Shown piece by piece: positions 29,301 through 37,763 of a stretch of DNA of 64,000 nucleotides (the stretch's first letter is position 1; each line of letters starts with the position of its first letter). The DNA comes from Deltaproteobacteria bacterium (GTDB taxonomy: Bacteria > Myxococcota > Kuafuiibacteriia > Kuafuiibacteriales > Kuafuiibacteriaceae): assembly GCA_040218735.1 (NCBI GenBank), contig JAVJQW010000023.1, positions 416,001-480,000 on the forward strand, read 5' to 3'. Below the pieces are notes generated by a model. That model had not been told where the DNA came from. It did not search any database and was given only the letters and a program-made list of their open reading frames with translations. Made by a program: the position numbers and the translations under genes.

Positions 29301-30951
29301 CGAATTCGTCGTCGTCGACCGCGTCACAGTGGAAGAGGTCCGGAAGTGAGTCACCGTCCGCGTCTTGGAAGTGATCGTTGTTTCTGCTCTCGGCGAACCA
29401 GTTGCTGCTCGGCCACCCCTGCCCCTGCGGGTAACCGGGATAGGAGTAGAGCACCCAACCTCGGTGGTGTTTGTGAATCTTGGGTTTGCGGGGTGCCCGC
29501 CAGAACCGCACCGCGAGCTCCGCGACGCCGTCGCGGTTGGCGTCGACGGGTCGGGCTTCGATCGGCTTGGGGTCTTCGCAATCCTCGCAGGGCGGCTGGT
29601 CCGTCATGATCCGAATGGGCTCGGACCAGAAGGTGTTCGTCGGATCGATGGGGTCGACCTGGGTGTACCGAACGAACAACCCATAGCGCCCGAAGTCCGC
29701 GTCCCAGGCGGGCGTACCGTTGGGTTCGACGTCTCGGTCCTTCTGAAGCCCCGCGACGAACACGAGATCATCCCGGCCGTCACCGTCGAGATCGCTGAGG
29801 AAGTAGTTCTTGTACCAGATCGGAATGTTGTCGGTGCCGATGGGCGTGGGCGCGCCAAGGCCTCCATCGTCCGGGGTGTACGTGAACTCCGTCCCCATCA
29901 GGCACGCGCCGATGCCTGGCCCCATGCCATCTCCCTCGCAGACGGTCACGCGGTCGAGGAGCGTCGGAGCCATTCCGCTCCCGGCCGGAGTCTGGTCCAG
30001 CTGGTAGCGCTTCACGAGCTTGTTGCTGCCGAGGAAGACGTCGATCCGAGAGAGACGCCGGCTCTGCGTCATCCGGTGACCGGCCACGAAGTAGTCGCTG
30101 GGTTCTGCGAGCGGCTGGGTGTAGTCGAACGCGATCGTCTTTCCGGGTGTGGACTGCTGGGGATGGTGCGCGTACGTGATCTGGTTCGGCACGACCTCCT
30201 GAGCCTGCGAACCGACACCCAGATGATCGTAGGTCACCCGGTACGAGTTTTGGTGCCGATCGAAGACCTCCTCGACGAACCACGCGTAGACCACGCCTCC
30301 GAGAATCTGCTGCCCCTGAGACGTCGCGCCGTAGACGGCGTACTCACCCGACGGCTGGTACACGACGAACTGGGCGTAGTCACTTCCGACGCGACGGCCG
30401 ATGACCCGCACTAGTGAGTCCTCCTCGAAGCGGAACTCGACGTTACTGCCGAACGCGGCGACTTCGATCAGGCGCTGGCCGTTGAGGCAGATCCGATCGT
30501 CGCCGTCCAAGCGGACCGCGCGCACTTCGCCGTCGATGGCCATCGTCGCGGCGCAGCGATGGATCTTCGGGAGCCCCGCGAGGCTCCACCCCTTGCCGAC
30601 GTGGCTGTAGCCCGCGTGACTGGAGTAGACGAGCGCCAGGCTGGGCGCGATCCGCCCGGGCGGGATCTCGATCGGGACCGTGACCTGGGCGTCGCCCGAC
30701 CGGCCGACACTGGGTTGCACGCGAAGGAACCCAGCGATGTCCTCCCCCGGGGCCGCGGCGTCCAAGTCGGACTCGCAGGCTTCGGTGGCCGGGTCCAGTG
30801 GCCCGGCGACGTTGTACTCGAGGGGTGGGTCCTCGAGCGCACCTCCTTGGCCCTGGGTTCGGGCCGGGACGGTCAGGAGGAGAGTGAGAACCGCGCTCGA
30901 AACGAGCGACTCGACCACGCGACGAGGATGCATCGTGATCGCAGGTAGCAA
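23389..30951 (-). CDS. Rhs/YD-repeat polymorphic toxin: signal peptide, SpvB-like domain, FG-GAP repeats, RHS core, pretoxin HINT, unknown C-terminal tip
   Basis: PSLALVYSS..GKGWSLAG (SpvB-like); DLDGDGRDDL, GDFNGDGLMD (FG-GAP); YDALGR repeats; GRIYAPHLGRFLSPDP..YVLNNPAKYEDPTG core; CFLAGT..VFNIEVEGDHEFLVG..AHN HINT. Confidence 0.92.
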   Translation of the reverse strand: MLPAITMHPRRVVESLVSSAVLTLLLTVPARTQGQGGALEDPPLEYNVAGPLDPATEACESDLDAAAPGEDIAGFLRVQPSVGRSGDAQVTVPIEIPPGRIAPSLALVYSSHAGYSHVGKGWSLAGLPKIHRCAATMAIDGEVRAVRLDGDDRICLNGQRLIEVAAFGSNVEFRFEEDSLVRVIGRRVGSDYAQFVVYQPSGEYAVYGATSQGQQILGGVVYAWFVEEVFDRHQNSYRVTYDHLGVGSQAQEVVPNQITYAHHPQQSTPGKTIAFDYTQPLAEPSDYFVAGHRMTQSRRLSRIDVFLGSNKLVKRYQLDQTPAGSGMAPTLLDRVTVCEGDGMGPGIGACLMGTEFTYTPDDGGLGAPTPIGTDNIPIWYKNYFLSDLDGDGRDDLVFVAGLQKDRDVEPNGTPAWDADFGRYGLFVRYTQVDPIDPTNTFWSEPIRIMTDQPPCEDCEDPKPIEARPVDANRDGVAELAVRFWRAPRKPKIHKHHRGWVLYSYPGYPQGQGWPSSNWFAESRNNDHFQDADGDSLPDLFHCDAVDDDEFEGTYQIIFQGGGAIATDVPCLENGVPSDVLLMDLDGDGAVELMHTNGSGTTLAYDFANRPTQYEFDAAGAIVVTDGPDTRRHPKVGDFNGDGLMDAIYEKNGNVEMRFSTGAYGFIATSWQETGLSDALVHPRPGGLVDPTRAVDLNNDGRSDLLTFTTSGPTTYFSKSDIWLSNQFTAPVTPPGLTGYHEEVFVVGDFTGDGTPDPVQINTGSDTWDAFFQTTRPHLLSTIVEQPSDSLTYAFEYLALSQSITGHVDNDVYEVNCSPMATFPVHCLRGGNMYVVRKMRRDVGRRDDQSDYPMGVIKYRYRNGRFGVTGRGFMGFEVVEVSDGITPIERETIYDYTGYDVSHDRFPYSDRVRMESTTVTVQDTLGQVTRHDNVTVRTHASIPTVPGFGRIHRPVMATESVQRKITEPFVAELILETGTEYTDFDDLGFPRLVRTMYPDGNTLELTSRHFHKRVPSSSPVPAHNVWLIGLHVAQENRWAGTTGSRVNYELRGYDYTTGDPLWSEVGMGGLVVDAATNLVPATVDPLRLRTDLGYDAYGNLTSSVVSNPGSSSPSSRASLAVHSDPEHMYPTVLTDPMNHERRQGYHPAFGEVCWEQGLSGQIARRTFDRLGRLREVEDPSQNRATQGYEWNVVGGQIDGAHPYFTSSTEVGKPARRSLVDRLGREVLVQKESFDCAWVERVKAYDNRGRVLLESVTYPDGQAPAYADLNGWSFAYDLLGRPIARRAPDENTASTADDAQGTTNHSLWIENGAVMGTRVIEVNPRGKATHQFIDRMGRVARMRDALGNVTHYAYGPTGDLTRVEDSLGTVTRIAFDDLGRRIAIDDPSTGIERYTYTAFGEIETVTDATGNVVTFTYDALGRVTSRSDSVLSAASTWTYDDPATNGKGLLHSARGADGHTRTFTYDPIQRVQTETLEVDGTAYPHRYIYRSDGLLAAHVFPDALDGTPFAIELAYAANGQIESIHDALDDTTPKRTFWRREATDLDGRTTSERLGEQGLEVVSDYGFWGGLQGRSATEPGGGMLLSRTFDYDQQRNLIGRTDALQGWQEVYGYDDLDRLTLWASQPGMAPVLPTSPAPPGTTLTNWTTATRLQAQSRMTTMDSSGPTTCGPSYLPLTLSDPPADPWSPLVAEDMRATASLAVPIDDDGEPIGTMPHVFCAGGGYASCVEIGYDARGNILQKSGVGVYGYGALVTQGSAPTFPGDSSAPPWRHIPDALTGIGIPNPENYVYDAGGRLISSPDYDITWTPWARPRRIMSSKWDTSYAYDADGLRVLKERSTLVGGIPASSPGGYSTERVVSVGEYEHRTTTSFQGDGLTGIAAEHATSHYFITVDGRAVAHVIHYEDEPTVGDTGEAQASALGQSPSQGLVDASDELANAIGNVDLRALANKRTLRYFIRGVSQSPALVVTEAGELIEEHRYDPFGAEVPVSLDPDGAERVRIHPGFRGYTNHDSDTELGLVDMNGRIYAPHLGRFLSPDPYVTGSFNSQSLNRYAYVLNNPAKYEDPTGFEPGTIFLALMYYHLYQRGLLDEHFDAVIPLAAGVLGGYDIVFDLVELYRGKTIFGNDANRWITLASIAIPVVSSGLIKLAFRSFGFDLAVDVAGDAVEFEVKAYKGTGRAAEAGADTADASARAGSPPGGCRGCGTPAVCFLAGTLVATPSGSRRIEDLRVGDRVSTFQGGRESRVDETWRVIDLILRDRLDPRDVYEITLLRPQAWLLDRGVEGVGELVRIEADDAGVSGWATIVDISPAPPPVGGSGRVVLATITHYNDDLYRLSFGAGMSRLYPTGRHRLFSLDRGDWVRVARLFVGERLQTSDGVARIESIQHEPGSHRVFNIEVEGDHEFLVGDLRLRAHNMDCPVGADDAVRSGLVEQGSELHDLLTIIEDTYVNTAPRTGEEATDVVLDALRELDNNWRLDYGDNVQQLSNGVLYDMLGYTKTFIGDTGEILIRKQDEIILHILPD

Positions 30952-31015
30952 GTTCTCGCGGCACCGGAAAGCACGAATTTATCGGCATTCCCCAATGAAA
31001 TCCGAAGCCTAGCAC

Positions 31016-31089
31016 TCCCGATTCGGGACTGAATTTCTGAGTCTCGATAAGTATCGAGGGACGGAGATGAAAGCGTCCCGAATGAAATT
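31016..31089. promoter_or_regulatory. AT-richer region with several dyads upstream of the Rhs gene (candidate operators)
   Basis: TCCCGA-T-TCGGGA (31016-31028); CTCGATA-AG-TATCGAG (31043-31058); ATTCGGGAC/GTCCCGAAT (31021-31029/31075-31083). Confidence 0.35.
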
Positions 31090-31126
31090 CAGAGAGGAGA
31101 TTCGAGGTCCGTCAGTCGCGCCCGCG

Positions 31127-31153
31127 GCGCGGCGAGATTTTTTTTCGCCGCGC
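31127..31153. terminator. GC-rich hairpin just downstream of the FG-GAP gene (possible terminator)
   Basis: GCGCGGCGA / TCGCCGCGC 9-bp stem; the T-run is in the loop rather than after the stem, so it is atypical. Confidence 0.35.
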
Positions 31154-31169
31154 GACCCGGGCGGGGGGA

Positions 31170-32807
31170 TCAGAGCGACGCGAGCGCCAAACAGATCTGC
31201 GCGTAGATGCGCGCCGCCGCGTCCGAGATCACCCAATCCGGAGGCGAGCCATCGCCGTCGGTCCGCTTCGCGACCTGGTTCAGCCGCACCCCTGCAAGCA
31301 CGGTCTTCCCGGCCGCATAGGCCGCCTCGGCCCTGGAGATACGGAACGCCAGGATGGCCTGGTGCACCGCGTTCACGAACGCGTTGCCGCTCATGTCACC
31401 CGCGGGCGCGGCGGCGGTGTCGAGCGCGGCGACGTCGGCGGCGGCGCCGGCGAGCATCGTGTTCACACACGTCGCGGCGTAGGCGTCGCAGGGGCGCAGC
31501 AGGTACAGGCGATCCGCGCCGTCGGGCGGCGGGAGGTCGGGCAAGTCGGCGCCGCCGGAGTTGGCGATCGCGACGTCCACGTAGCCGTCGCCGTCGACGT
31601 CACCGAACTCCGCGTTCGTGCTGCGTCCGAGGCGCTCGTCGCCGCTCGGGAAGGTCGCGTCCACGAAGAAGCCGTTGCCGTCGTTGATGAGGATCCGGTT
31701 CGAGTCGCCCAGGAAGCCGTGCCCGAACACGAAGTCACCGACGTTGGTCACGTACAGGTCGAGGTCGCCGTCGCTATCGAGGTCGACGAGGTCGACGTCG
31801 GTCGTCGTGTCGAGGCGCGGGGGCAACGCGCCGCCCGACTCGGTGAACACGCCGAGGCCGTCGTTGAGGAAGACCTAGTTCTGCTCGTTGCGGCTGTTGC
31901 CGACGACGAGGTCGAGGTCGCCGTCGCCGTCGATGTCGCCGAGGACGCCCTTGCGCGAGGAGAAGTTGCCACCACCGGCGAGCCGCGCCGCGGTCTCGTC
32001 GGTGAAGAAGCCGGCGCCGTTGTTGATCAGGACGTTGTTCTCGCCGATGTCGATCTGGATGAGGTCGTTGTCACCGTCGCCGTCGATGTCGCCGACCGCG
32101 TAGCCAGCACCCTGCTCGATCGCGAACGGGATGCGTCCGGGGCCTTCCGTGAAGGTGCCGGTGCCGTCGTTGATCAGGACGCGGTTCACGTCGCCGGGCG
32201 GGCCGAACGGGAAGGGGTTCTCGTTCGAGATGACGATGTCGAGGTCACCGTCGTTGTCGAGATCCGCGAAGAGCCCCTCCGCGCTGACCTCCACGAAGAA
32301 CGGCGGGAACGACACGGCGAAGCCGGGCGGGCCGGGGGGCGTCGCCTGCGGGAGGGGCGCCTCGGTGAAGAAGCCGTTGCCGTCGTTGATCAGCAGTTGG
32401 TTCGGTCCGAGGTTCGTGACGAGCGCGTCGAGGTCGCCGTCGCCGTCCACGTCTCCGAAGTCGACCTCGGTGCTGTTCGAAGGAATCGGAGGGAGGCGCG
32501 CGAACGACTCGTCCGTGAAGTGGCCGGTGCCGTCGTTGATCAGCAGACGGTTCGGGAACGGCGCGGCCGACGCCGAGCCATCGACCGCGAACAGATCGAG
32601 GTCACCATCGCCGTCCACGTCTGCGAATTCGACGTCGAGGGTGTCCTTGGTGTCCTCCGCCGGATCCGACGCGAGCTGGGACGTCGCGTCCACGAAGATG
32701 AAGTGGGCTGGCGTGGAAGCGATCAGTACCGCTCCGAGAAAAATCGAGTTCAAAGTGAGTTCTCCTCCCGTATCCATCCGCTTGCCACGGTGAGAACCCG
32801 CCCGCAA
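31170..32807 (-). pseudogene. FG-GAP/VCBS repeat beta-propeller protein interrupted by one in-frame TAG (31875-31877)
   Basis: ORFs 31875-32807 and 31170-31850 share a frame; the read-through sequence NEQN*VFLNDGLGVFTE matches sibling repeats such as PNQLLINDGNGFFTE. Confidence 0.75.
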
Positions 32808-32850
32808 TCGCGGCCTGTTCAGATGTTTCCCGGCGCGCTACGAACGTGCC

Positions 32851-34629
32851 GTGTTCGTCACTCTGAGAACGGTCGGCCTGGCCGCATTCTTCGGAATACT
32901 CACCACCGCGGCGGCGCCGCCGAAGGGGCCGCTGGTCCCGCACCGCGAGAAGCCGAAGGTCGCCGCACAGATTCCGCCGGCGCCCGTCGCGCGAGGCAAG
33001 AAGGGTGTCGTCGTCAGCGCGCACGCCGATGCGTCGCGTGCCGGCGTCGAGATCTTGGACCGCGGGGGCAACGCGCTCGACGCCGCCGTCGCGACCGCCT
33101 ACGCGCTCGCGGTCGTCGAACCGTTCTCCGCCGGCGTGGGCGGTGGCGGGTTCCTGCTCTACTTCGACGCCAACACGAAGAAGGTCACCGTCGTCGACTA
33201 CCGCGAGGTCGCCCCGCGCGCCGCCGACCGCGACATGTACTTGGTGAACGGCGAAGTGGATCCCAAGCTGTCGCTCGACGGCATCCTCGCCGTCGCCGTA
33301 CCGGGTATGGTGCCGGGCCTCGCGGCGGCGCAGAAGAAGCTCGGCAAGCTGAAGCTGTCGAAGGTCCTCGACCCGGCCATCCGACTCGCCGCGGACGGGT
33401 TCCTCGTCTCACCGCGCTTCCACGAAGCGAGTGTCTATCGCCTCGACACCCTCCTCGCGGATCCGGAGGCCACGCGGGTGTTCCTGAAGGACGGTAAGCC
33501 GTACCCGGTCGGCGAGCGCCTCGTGCAGCGCGACCTCGCCAAAGCGCTGCGCGCCGTGAAGCGAAACGGCCCTCGGGTGTTCACGCACGGGTGGGTCGCG
33601 AAGGCGATCGCCAAGACGAGCAAGGACAAGGGCGGCCGGCTCGTGCTCGACGATCTGAAGTCGTTCCGCACGCGCTTCCGCGAGCCGCTCGTCGGGACGT
33701 TCCGCGGCCACACCGTCTACACGATGCCGCCGCCGAGCTCCGGCGGGACGCACCTGCTCCAGATGCTGTCGATGCTCGACATCGATCGCGAGCGCCGTGA
33801 CGCACGCACCGCCGTGGACGTTCGGCACGCGCAGATCGAGATCATGCGCCGCGCCTACGCGGACCGCGCGGTGTTCATGGGCGACCCGGCGTTCGTCGAC
33901 ATCCCGCTGAAGGGCCTGCTCGCCCGTGACTACGCGGAGCGCCGCTACTCAACGATCGACTGGAAGAACGCGACCCCGTCCAAGGCCGTGAGCGCCGGGA
34001 AGCCGAACGGGGTCGAGGCGCCCACGGTGACCTCGACCCCGCGCGAGTCGAACGACACCACGCACCTCACGGTGATCGACAAGTGGGGCAACGTCGTCGC
34101 GCTGACGCAGACCGTGAACTACGGTTTCGGTTCCGGCGTCGTCGTGCCCGGGACGGGTGTGCTGCTCAACGACGAGATGGATGACTTCTCCGCCAAACCC
34201 GGTGTGCCGAACGTCTTCGGCCTCGTCGGCGGTGAAGCCAACGCGATCCAGCCGGGCAAGATCCCCCTGTCGTCGATGACGCCGACGATCGTCGTCAAGG
34301 ACGGCGCCGTGCGCCTCGCCGCCGGCTCCCCCGGCGGGTCGACGATCATCACCACCGTGCTCCAGGTGATCCTCAACGTGCTCGACCGCGACATGACCGT
34401 CGCCGAGGCCGTCGCCGCTCCGCGCATCCACATGCAGTGGCTCCCGGACGTGACCCGCTTCGAACCGGGTGCGCTCACCGACGCCGAACGGTCGGAGCTG
34501 GAGAAACGAGGCTTCGCGCTGAAGCCGCGCGCCGGGTGGGGCAACGCGACGGCGATCGAAGTGCTCCCCGACGGCACCCGCGTCGGCGCCGCCGACCCGC
34601 GAGGCGACGGCGGCGGCGACGCTCAGTAG
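32851..34629 (+). CDS. ggt: Gamma-glutamyltransferase
   Basis: GGNALDAAVA, GVGGGGF, DYREVAP, autocleavage site DTTHLTVID, LNDEMDDFS, PLSSMTP, GSPGGSTI, GAADPR. Confidence 0.95.
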   Translation: MFVTLRTVGLAAFFGILTTAAAPPKGPLVPHREKPKVAAQIPPAPVARGKKGVVVSAHADASRAGVEILDRGGNALDAAVATAYALAVVEPFSAGVGGGGFLLYFDANTKKVTVVDYREVAPRAADRDMYLVNGEVDPKLSLDGILAVAVPGMVPGLAAAQKKLGKLKLSKVLDPAIRLAADGFLVSPRFHEASVYRLDTLLADPEATRVFLKDGKPYPVGERLVQRDLAKALRAVKRNGPRVFTHGWVAKAIAKTSKDKGGRLVLDDLKSFRTRFREPLVGTFRGHTVYTMPPPSSGGTHLLQMLSMLDIDRERRDARTAVDVRHAQIEIMRRAYADRAVFMGDPAFVDIPLKGLLARDYAERRYSTIDWKNATPSKAVSAGKPNGVEAPTVTSTPRESNDTTHLTVIDKWGNVVALTQTVNYGFGSGVVVPGTGVLLNDEMDDFSAKPGVPNVFGLVGGEANAIQPGKIPLSSMTPTIVVKDGAVRLAAGSPGGSTIITTVLQVILNVLDRDMTVAEAVAAPRIHMQWLPDVTRFEPGALTDAERSELEKRGFALKPRAGWGNATAIEVLPDGTRVGAADPRGDGGGDAQ

Positions 34630-35142
34630 CTACTCGGTCACGATGGAGATCGGCAGCGCGACGTCGTCATCGCAGTCGTCACAGCTCGAGCTCGCCGAGA
34701 ACGACAGCGTCGCATCGACGGCGTCGGCGGGCGACGCGAGCTCCAAACGGATCACATAGTCGCGCGTGCACGTTCCCTTGCAGACCTCGTGATCTGCGTT
34801 CATCGCGATGGAGAAACCGCGGTCGGTCCCGACGATCTCGTCGGTGCGCGCCACGGACTCGACGCCCCCTTCGACGATCGATGCCGCGAGCTGCTCGCCG
34901 ATCATCGCCGGCGCCGAGATTCCGACCCACAGCGAAGTGTCGATCGACGCGTCGCCGACGCCTTCGTAGGTCACGCGCACCGTCGACTCGACGACCGCAT
35001 CCGGCTGAAGGCGCACGGACGCCGCCCCGTCGGCGCTCCCGTACGCGCCGCCCGAACCGCAACCACCGGCCCCCCATCCGCTCCCCATGACGAGGGGGCC
35101 GAGCCCCAGAAGAACCACCGCGTAGGGGCGAAGCCGATGCAT
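34630..35142 (-). CDS. Hypothetical exported protein
   Basis: Hydrophobic N-terminus; acidic beta-rich body; coding-like codon bias. Confidence 0.55.
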   Translation of the reverse strand: MHRLRPYAVVLLGLGPLVMGSGWGAGGCGSGGAYGSADGAASVRLQPDAVVESTVRVTYEGVGDASIDTSLWVGISAPAMIGEQLAASIVEGGVESVARTDEIVGTDRGFSIAMNADHEVCKGTCTRDYVIRLELASPADAVDATLSFSASSSCDDCDDDVALPISIVTE

Positions 35143-35190
35143 CGCGCCATACTATGTCAGCCGCGGACCCGCTCCACCCCTGAATGATCC

Positions 35191-36411
35191 TCAAGGCGCG
35201 AGGCGCATCAGCGCGGCCTCCAGCATGGTGTCCGTACCGTTCACGAGCGCGGCGCGATCGAACGAGACCGCGAGATCCACGGGCACCCCTGCGGTCTCGT
35301 AGATCTCCCCGTCCGCTGCGCGGTAACGCTCACCCGACAGCTCGAGGCTCCACCCCGCGGGCATCGTCTGATCGACCAGATCCGAGAAGTGCCCCGAGCC
35401 GCGCTCGCCCACGACCTCGACGTTCGCGCGGACCCGCATCGCGAGGGTGAAGGTCTCGGCCGCGCTGAAGGTGCCGCGGCTCGTCAGCACGACGACGGGG
35501 CCGGCGAACGCGTCGCCGTCGGAGGCCTCGACGTACCAATCCTCCGGCGGACCGAAGTCGAGGTGTCCAGGTCCGTTTCGGCGCTGCTTCGACCACGCGA
35601 GTGTGCGTGGGCCGGCGAAGTGCTGCGCGACGTCGAGCGCGACCGTGTCCCAGCCCCCTTCGTTCGCGCGCACGTCGACGATCATCGCGCGCATGTCGGA
35701 GAGGTCGTCGAGCGCCTCCTCGATCGCGTCGACCGCGGCTTCGCGATCGTCGTCTTCGTCGCCGGTGTTCGACAGCTCGTCGAAGCTCGTGATGCTGATG
35801 TAGCCGACGTCGCCGATCGTGCCCCACGCGAACCAGTCCTCGGCGGCCCACGTGAGCTCGTCTTCTTCGATGTAGTTCGACTCCGCGTTGAACTCGAGCT
35901 CCTGCGCTTCGTCGTAGTAAGGATAGGCGCTGACCCACGCGTCCTCTTCGCGACCGCCCGGCGCACCGAGCTGGACGTGCCCATCGTCGAGGTTTTGCGC
36001 CATGCCGATCAGGACGTCGAACAGCGCGTCTTCGCCGGTGTTCGCGTCGATCGATGCGCAGCCGTCGCGACCGATCGTGTTCCAGTCGCCATTCGGGAGG
36101 CGGAAGTCGAACACGGCGTAGTTCGTGTCGAACGCGGTCCAGAACGCGTTGAAGACGTCGAAGGACGCGCCAGCGCCGGGGCATCCGGTGAAGGGCGCGA
36201 CGGTGCCGCCGTCGCGCGTCGTCGTGCCGCCGTCGCGCGTCGTGGTGCCGGCGTCGACGTGGCCCGCGTCGGGCGTGCCGGCGTCATTCGCGGCGCTACC
36301 GGCGTCGACGATCGGTCGAGCGCCACCGTCGCGTTGGAAACCATCCGTATCCTCGGGTGCACCACTGGTACACGCGAATAGCGGGAGCATGATCACCGTC
36401 CACCAACGCAT
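35191..36411 (-). CDS. S41 family peptidase lipoprotein
   Basis: Lipobox LFAC; LDDGHV, GYISITSF, IVDVRANEGG, TFSAAETF (catalytic Ser), GVPVD. Confidence 0.88.
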   Translation of the reverse strand: MRWWTVIMLPLFACTSGAPEDTDGFQRDGGARPIVDAGSAANDAGTPDAGHVDAGTTTRDGGTTTRDGGTVAPFTGCPGAGASFDVFNAFWTAFDTNYAVFDFRLPNGDWNTIGRDGCASIDANTGEDALFDVLIGMAQNLDDGHVQLGAPGGREEDAWVSAYPYYDEAQELEFNAESNYIEEDELTWAAEDWFAWGTIGDVGYISITSFDELSNTGDEDDDREAAVDAIEEALDDLSDMRAMIVDVRANEGGWDTVALDVAQHFAGPRTLAWSKQRRNGPGHLDFGPPEDWYVEASDGDAFAGPVVVLTSRGTFSAAETFTLAMRVRANVEVVGERGSGHFSDLVDQTMPAGWSLELSGERYRAADGEIYETAGVPVDLAVSFDRAALVNGTDTMLEAALMRLAP

Positions 36412-36505
36412 GAAACGAGCATGCGCGGCGCCCGACCGACCGACCAGAGCGGCGCCGACACCTCACATCGAACGTGGGTCCAGGAACGGTGTTACGGTCC
36501 GGGCA

Positions 36506-37669
36506 ATGCACCTGATCTCGCGTTTTGCGCTCGCCTTCGCGCTGCTCCTCACCGGCCCCTTCGTCGCAGAGGCGTTCGCCGGACCGTGCGGCGGAAACAA
36601 CCAGCGACCGTGCAAGGTGTTCGAGCGTGTTCCGTCGTGCAACCGGGGGCTCGTCGAGGACTTCGCGAAGGGCAAGTGCATCTCGAAGAAGAAGGCGAAG
36701 AAGCAGACGAACAAGGTGCTGAAGAAGATCGTCCCGAAAGCGCCGCCGCCCAAACGTCTCAACTGCGGCAAGCGCGGTCAGCGCCCCTGCCTCGTCACCG
36801 AACGCATACCCTCCTGCGACGGGGGCCTCGTCGAAGACTTCGTGAAGAAGAAGTGCCTGCGGCCGAACGAAACGTCGGGCAAGGACGCGGAGCGGAAGGT
36901 GCAGCAGTTTGCGCGTAAGTTCGTGAACGAGAACAAGGCCGTCGCGCAGGCGCTCACGCGGTTCGGGCAGTCTCTGACGACCGGGCCGACCGCCGCGTAC
37001 TTCAAGGGGGGCGGGTTCAAGCGTGACGTCGAGGCGAACCGCGTCGCGCAGATCGTGAGCCGCATCGATCTGTCGGCGTTGAAGAACGACATGAAACGCG
37101 TGCGCAGCCGATACCTCCCGAAGACCGTGATGGTCGCCGTCGTCGTCGAGGGCGGCGTGGGGATCGGCGGGAGCATGGAGCTCGGCGTCGCGTTCGACAT
37201 CTCCCCGCAGACCGGACCGGCCGTCGTGTACCGAACCTTCGGCATCAACGCCGGCTTGATCACCGGTGGCTCGGCGTCGGTCGCGGTCGGCTTCGCGTGG
37301 ATGCGTCCGCCGAAGATCGTCGGGGAGCTGCGCGGCTTCGGCTTCGCCGCGGGGCGTTCGGTCTTCCAAGGGGCGTCCGTCGGCGGATCGATCGCGTTCT
37401 GGTTCGCGCCGCACCCGCAGGCGCCCGGCGGCCTCCTGATCGAGCCGCGCAAGTTCGCCGGCATCGCCGTCGCGGTGAGCGTCGGGGCGACCGTCCTCCC
37501 GGTCGACCTCCGCGGCAGCGCCGCGCTCACGCAGGTGCTGCGCGGTCGCAAGTGGGTCGCGGACGGGTGCGGACGTCAGAACCAGCGCCCCTGCCACATC
37601 GTGGAGCGCGTCCCCTCGTGTAACCCGGGGTTGCGCGAGGACTTCATCAAACACCTCTGTATTCGGTGA
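36506..37669 (+). CDS. Secreted basic protein with three Cys-rich modules and a Gly-rich amphipathic beta domain
   Basis: Signal peptide ending AFA; three copies of CG..xQRPCxxxERxPSCxxGLxEDFxKxxC. Confidence 0.75.
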   Translation: MHLISRFALAFALLLTGPFVAEAFAGPCGGNNQRPCKVFERVPSCNRGLVEDFAKGKCISKKKAKKQTNKVLKKIVPKAPPPKRLNCGKRGQRPCLVTERIPSCDGGLVEDFVKKKCLRPNETSGKDAERKVQQFARKFVNENKAVAQALTRFGQSLTTGPTAAYFKGGGFKRDVEANRVAQIVSRIDLSALKNDMKRVRSRYLPKTVMVAVVVEGGVGIGGSMELGVAFDISPQTGPAVVYRTFGINAGLITGGSASVAVGFAWMRPPKIVGELRGFGFAAGRSVFQGASVGGSIAFWFAPHPQAPGGLLIEPRKFAGIAVAVSVGATVLPVDLRGSAALTQVLRGRKWVADGCGRQNQRPCHIVERVPSCNPGLREDFIKHLCIR

Positions 37670-37698
37670 ACCCCTTCAGGGATACACCCAATTTTGCG

Positions 37699-37739
37699 TC
37701 ATTTCGCAATTGTTATGAGATCCAACATTGACGAAATGA
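37699..37739. promoter_or_regulatory. AT-rich imperfect inverted repeat upstream of the LruC operon
   Basis: TCATTTCGCAATTGTT-N9-AACATTGACGAAATGA; contains a TTGACG -35-like hexamer. Confidence 0.45.
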
Positions 37740-37763
37740 TCAACTCCAAGCAGAACGCGCAAT

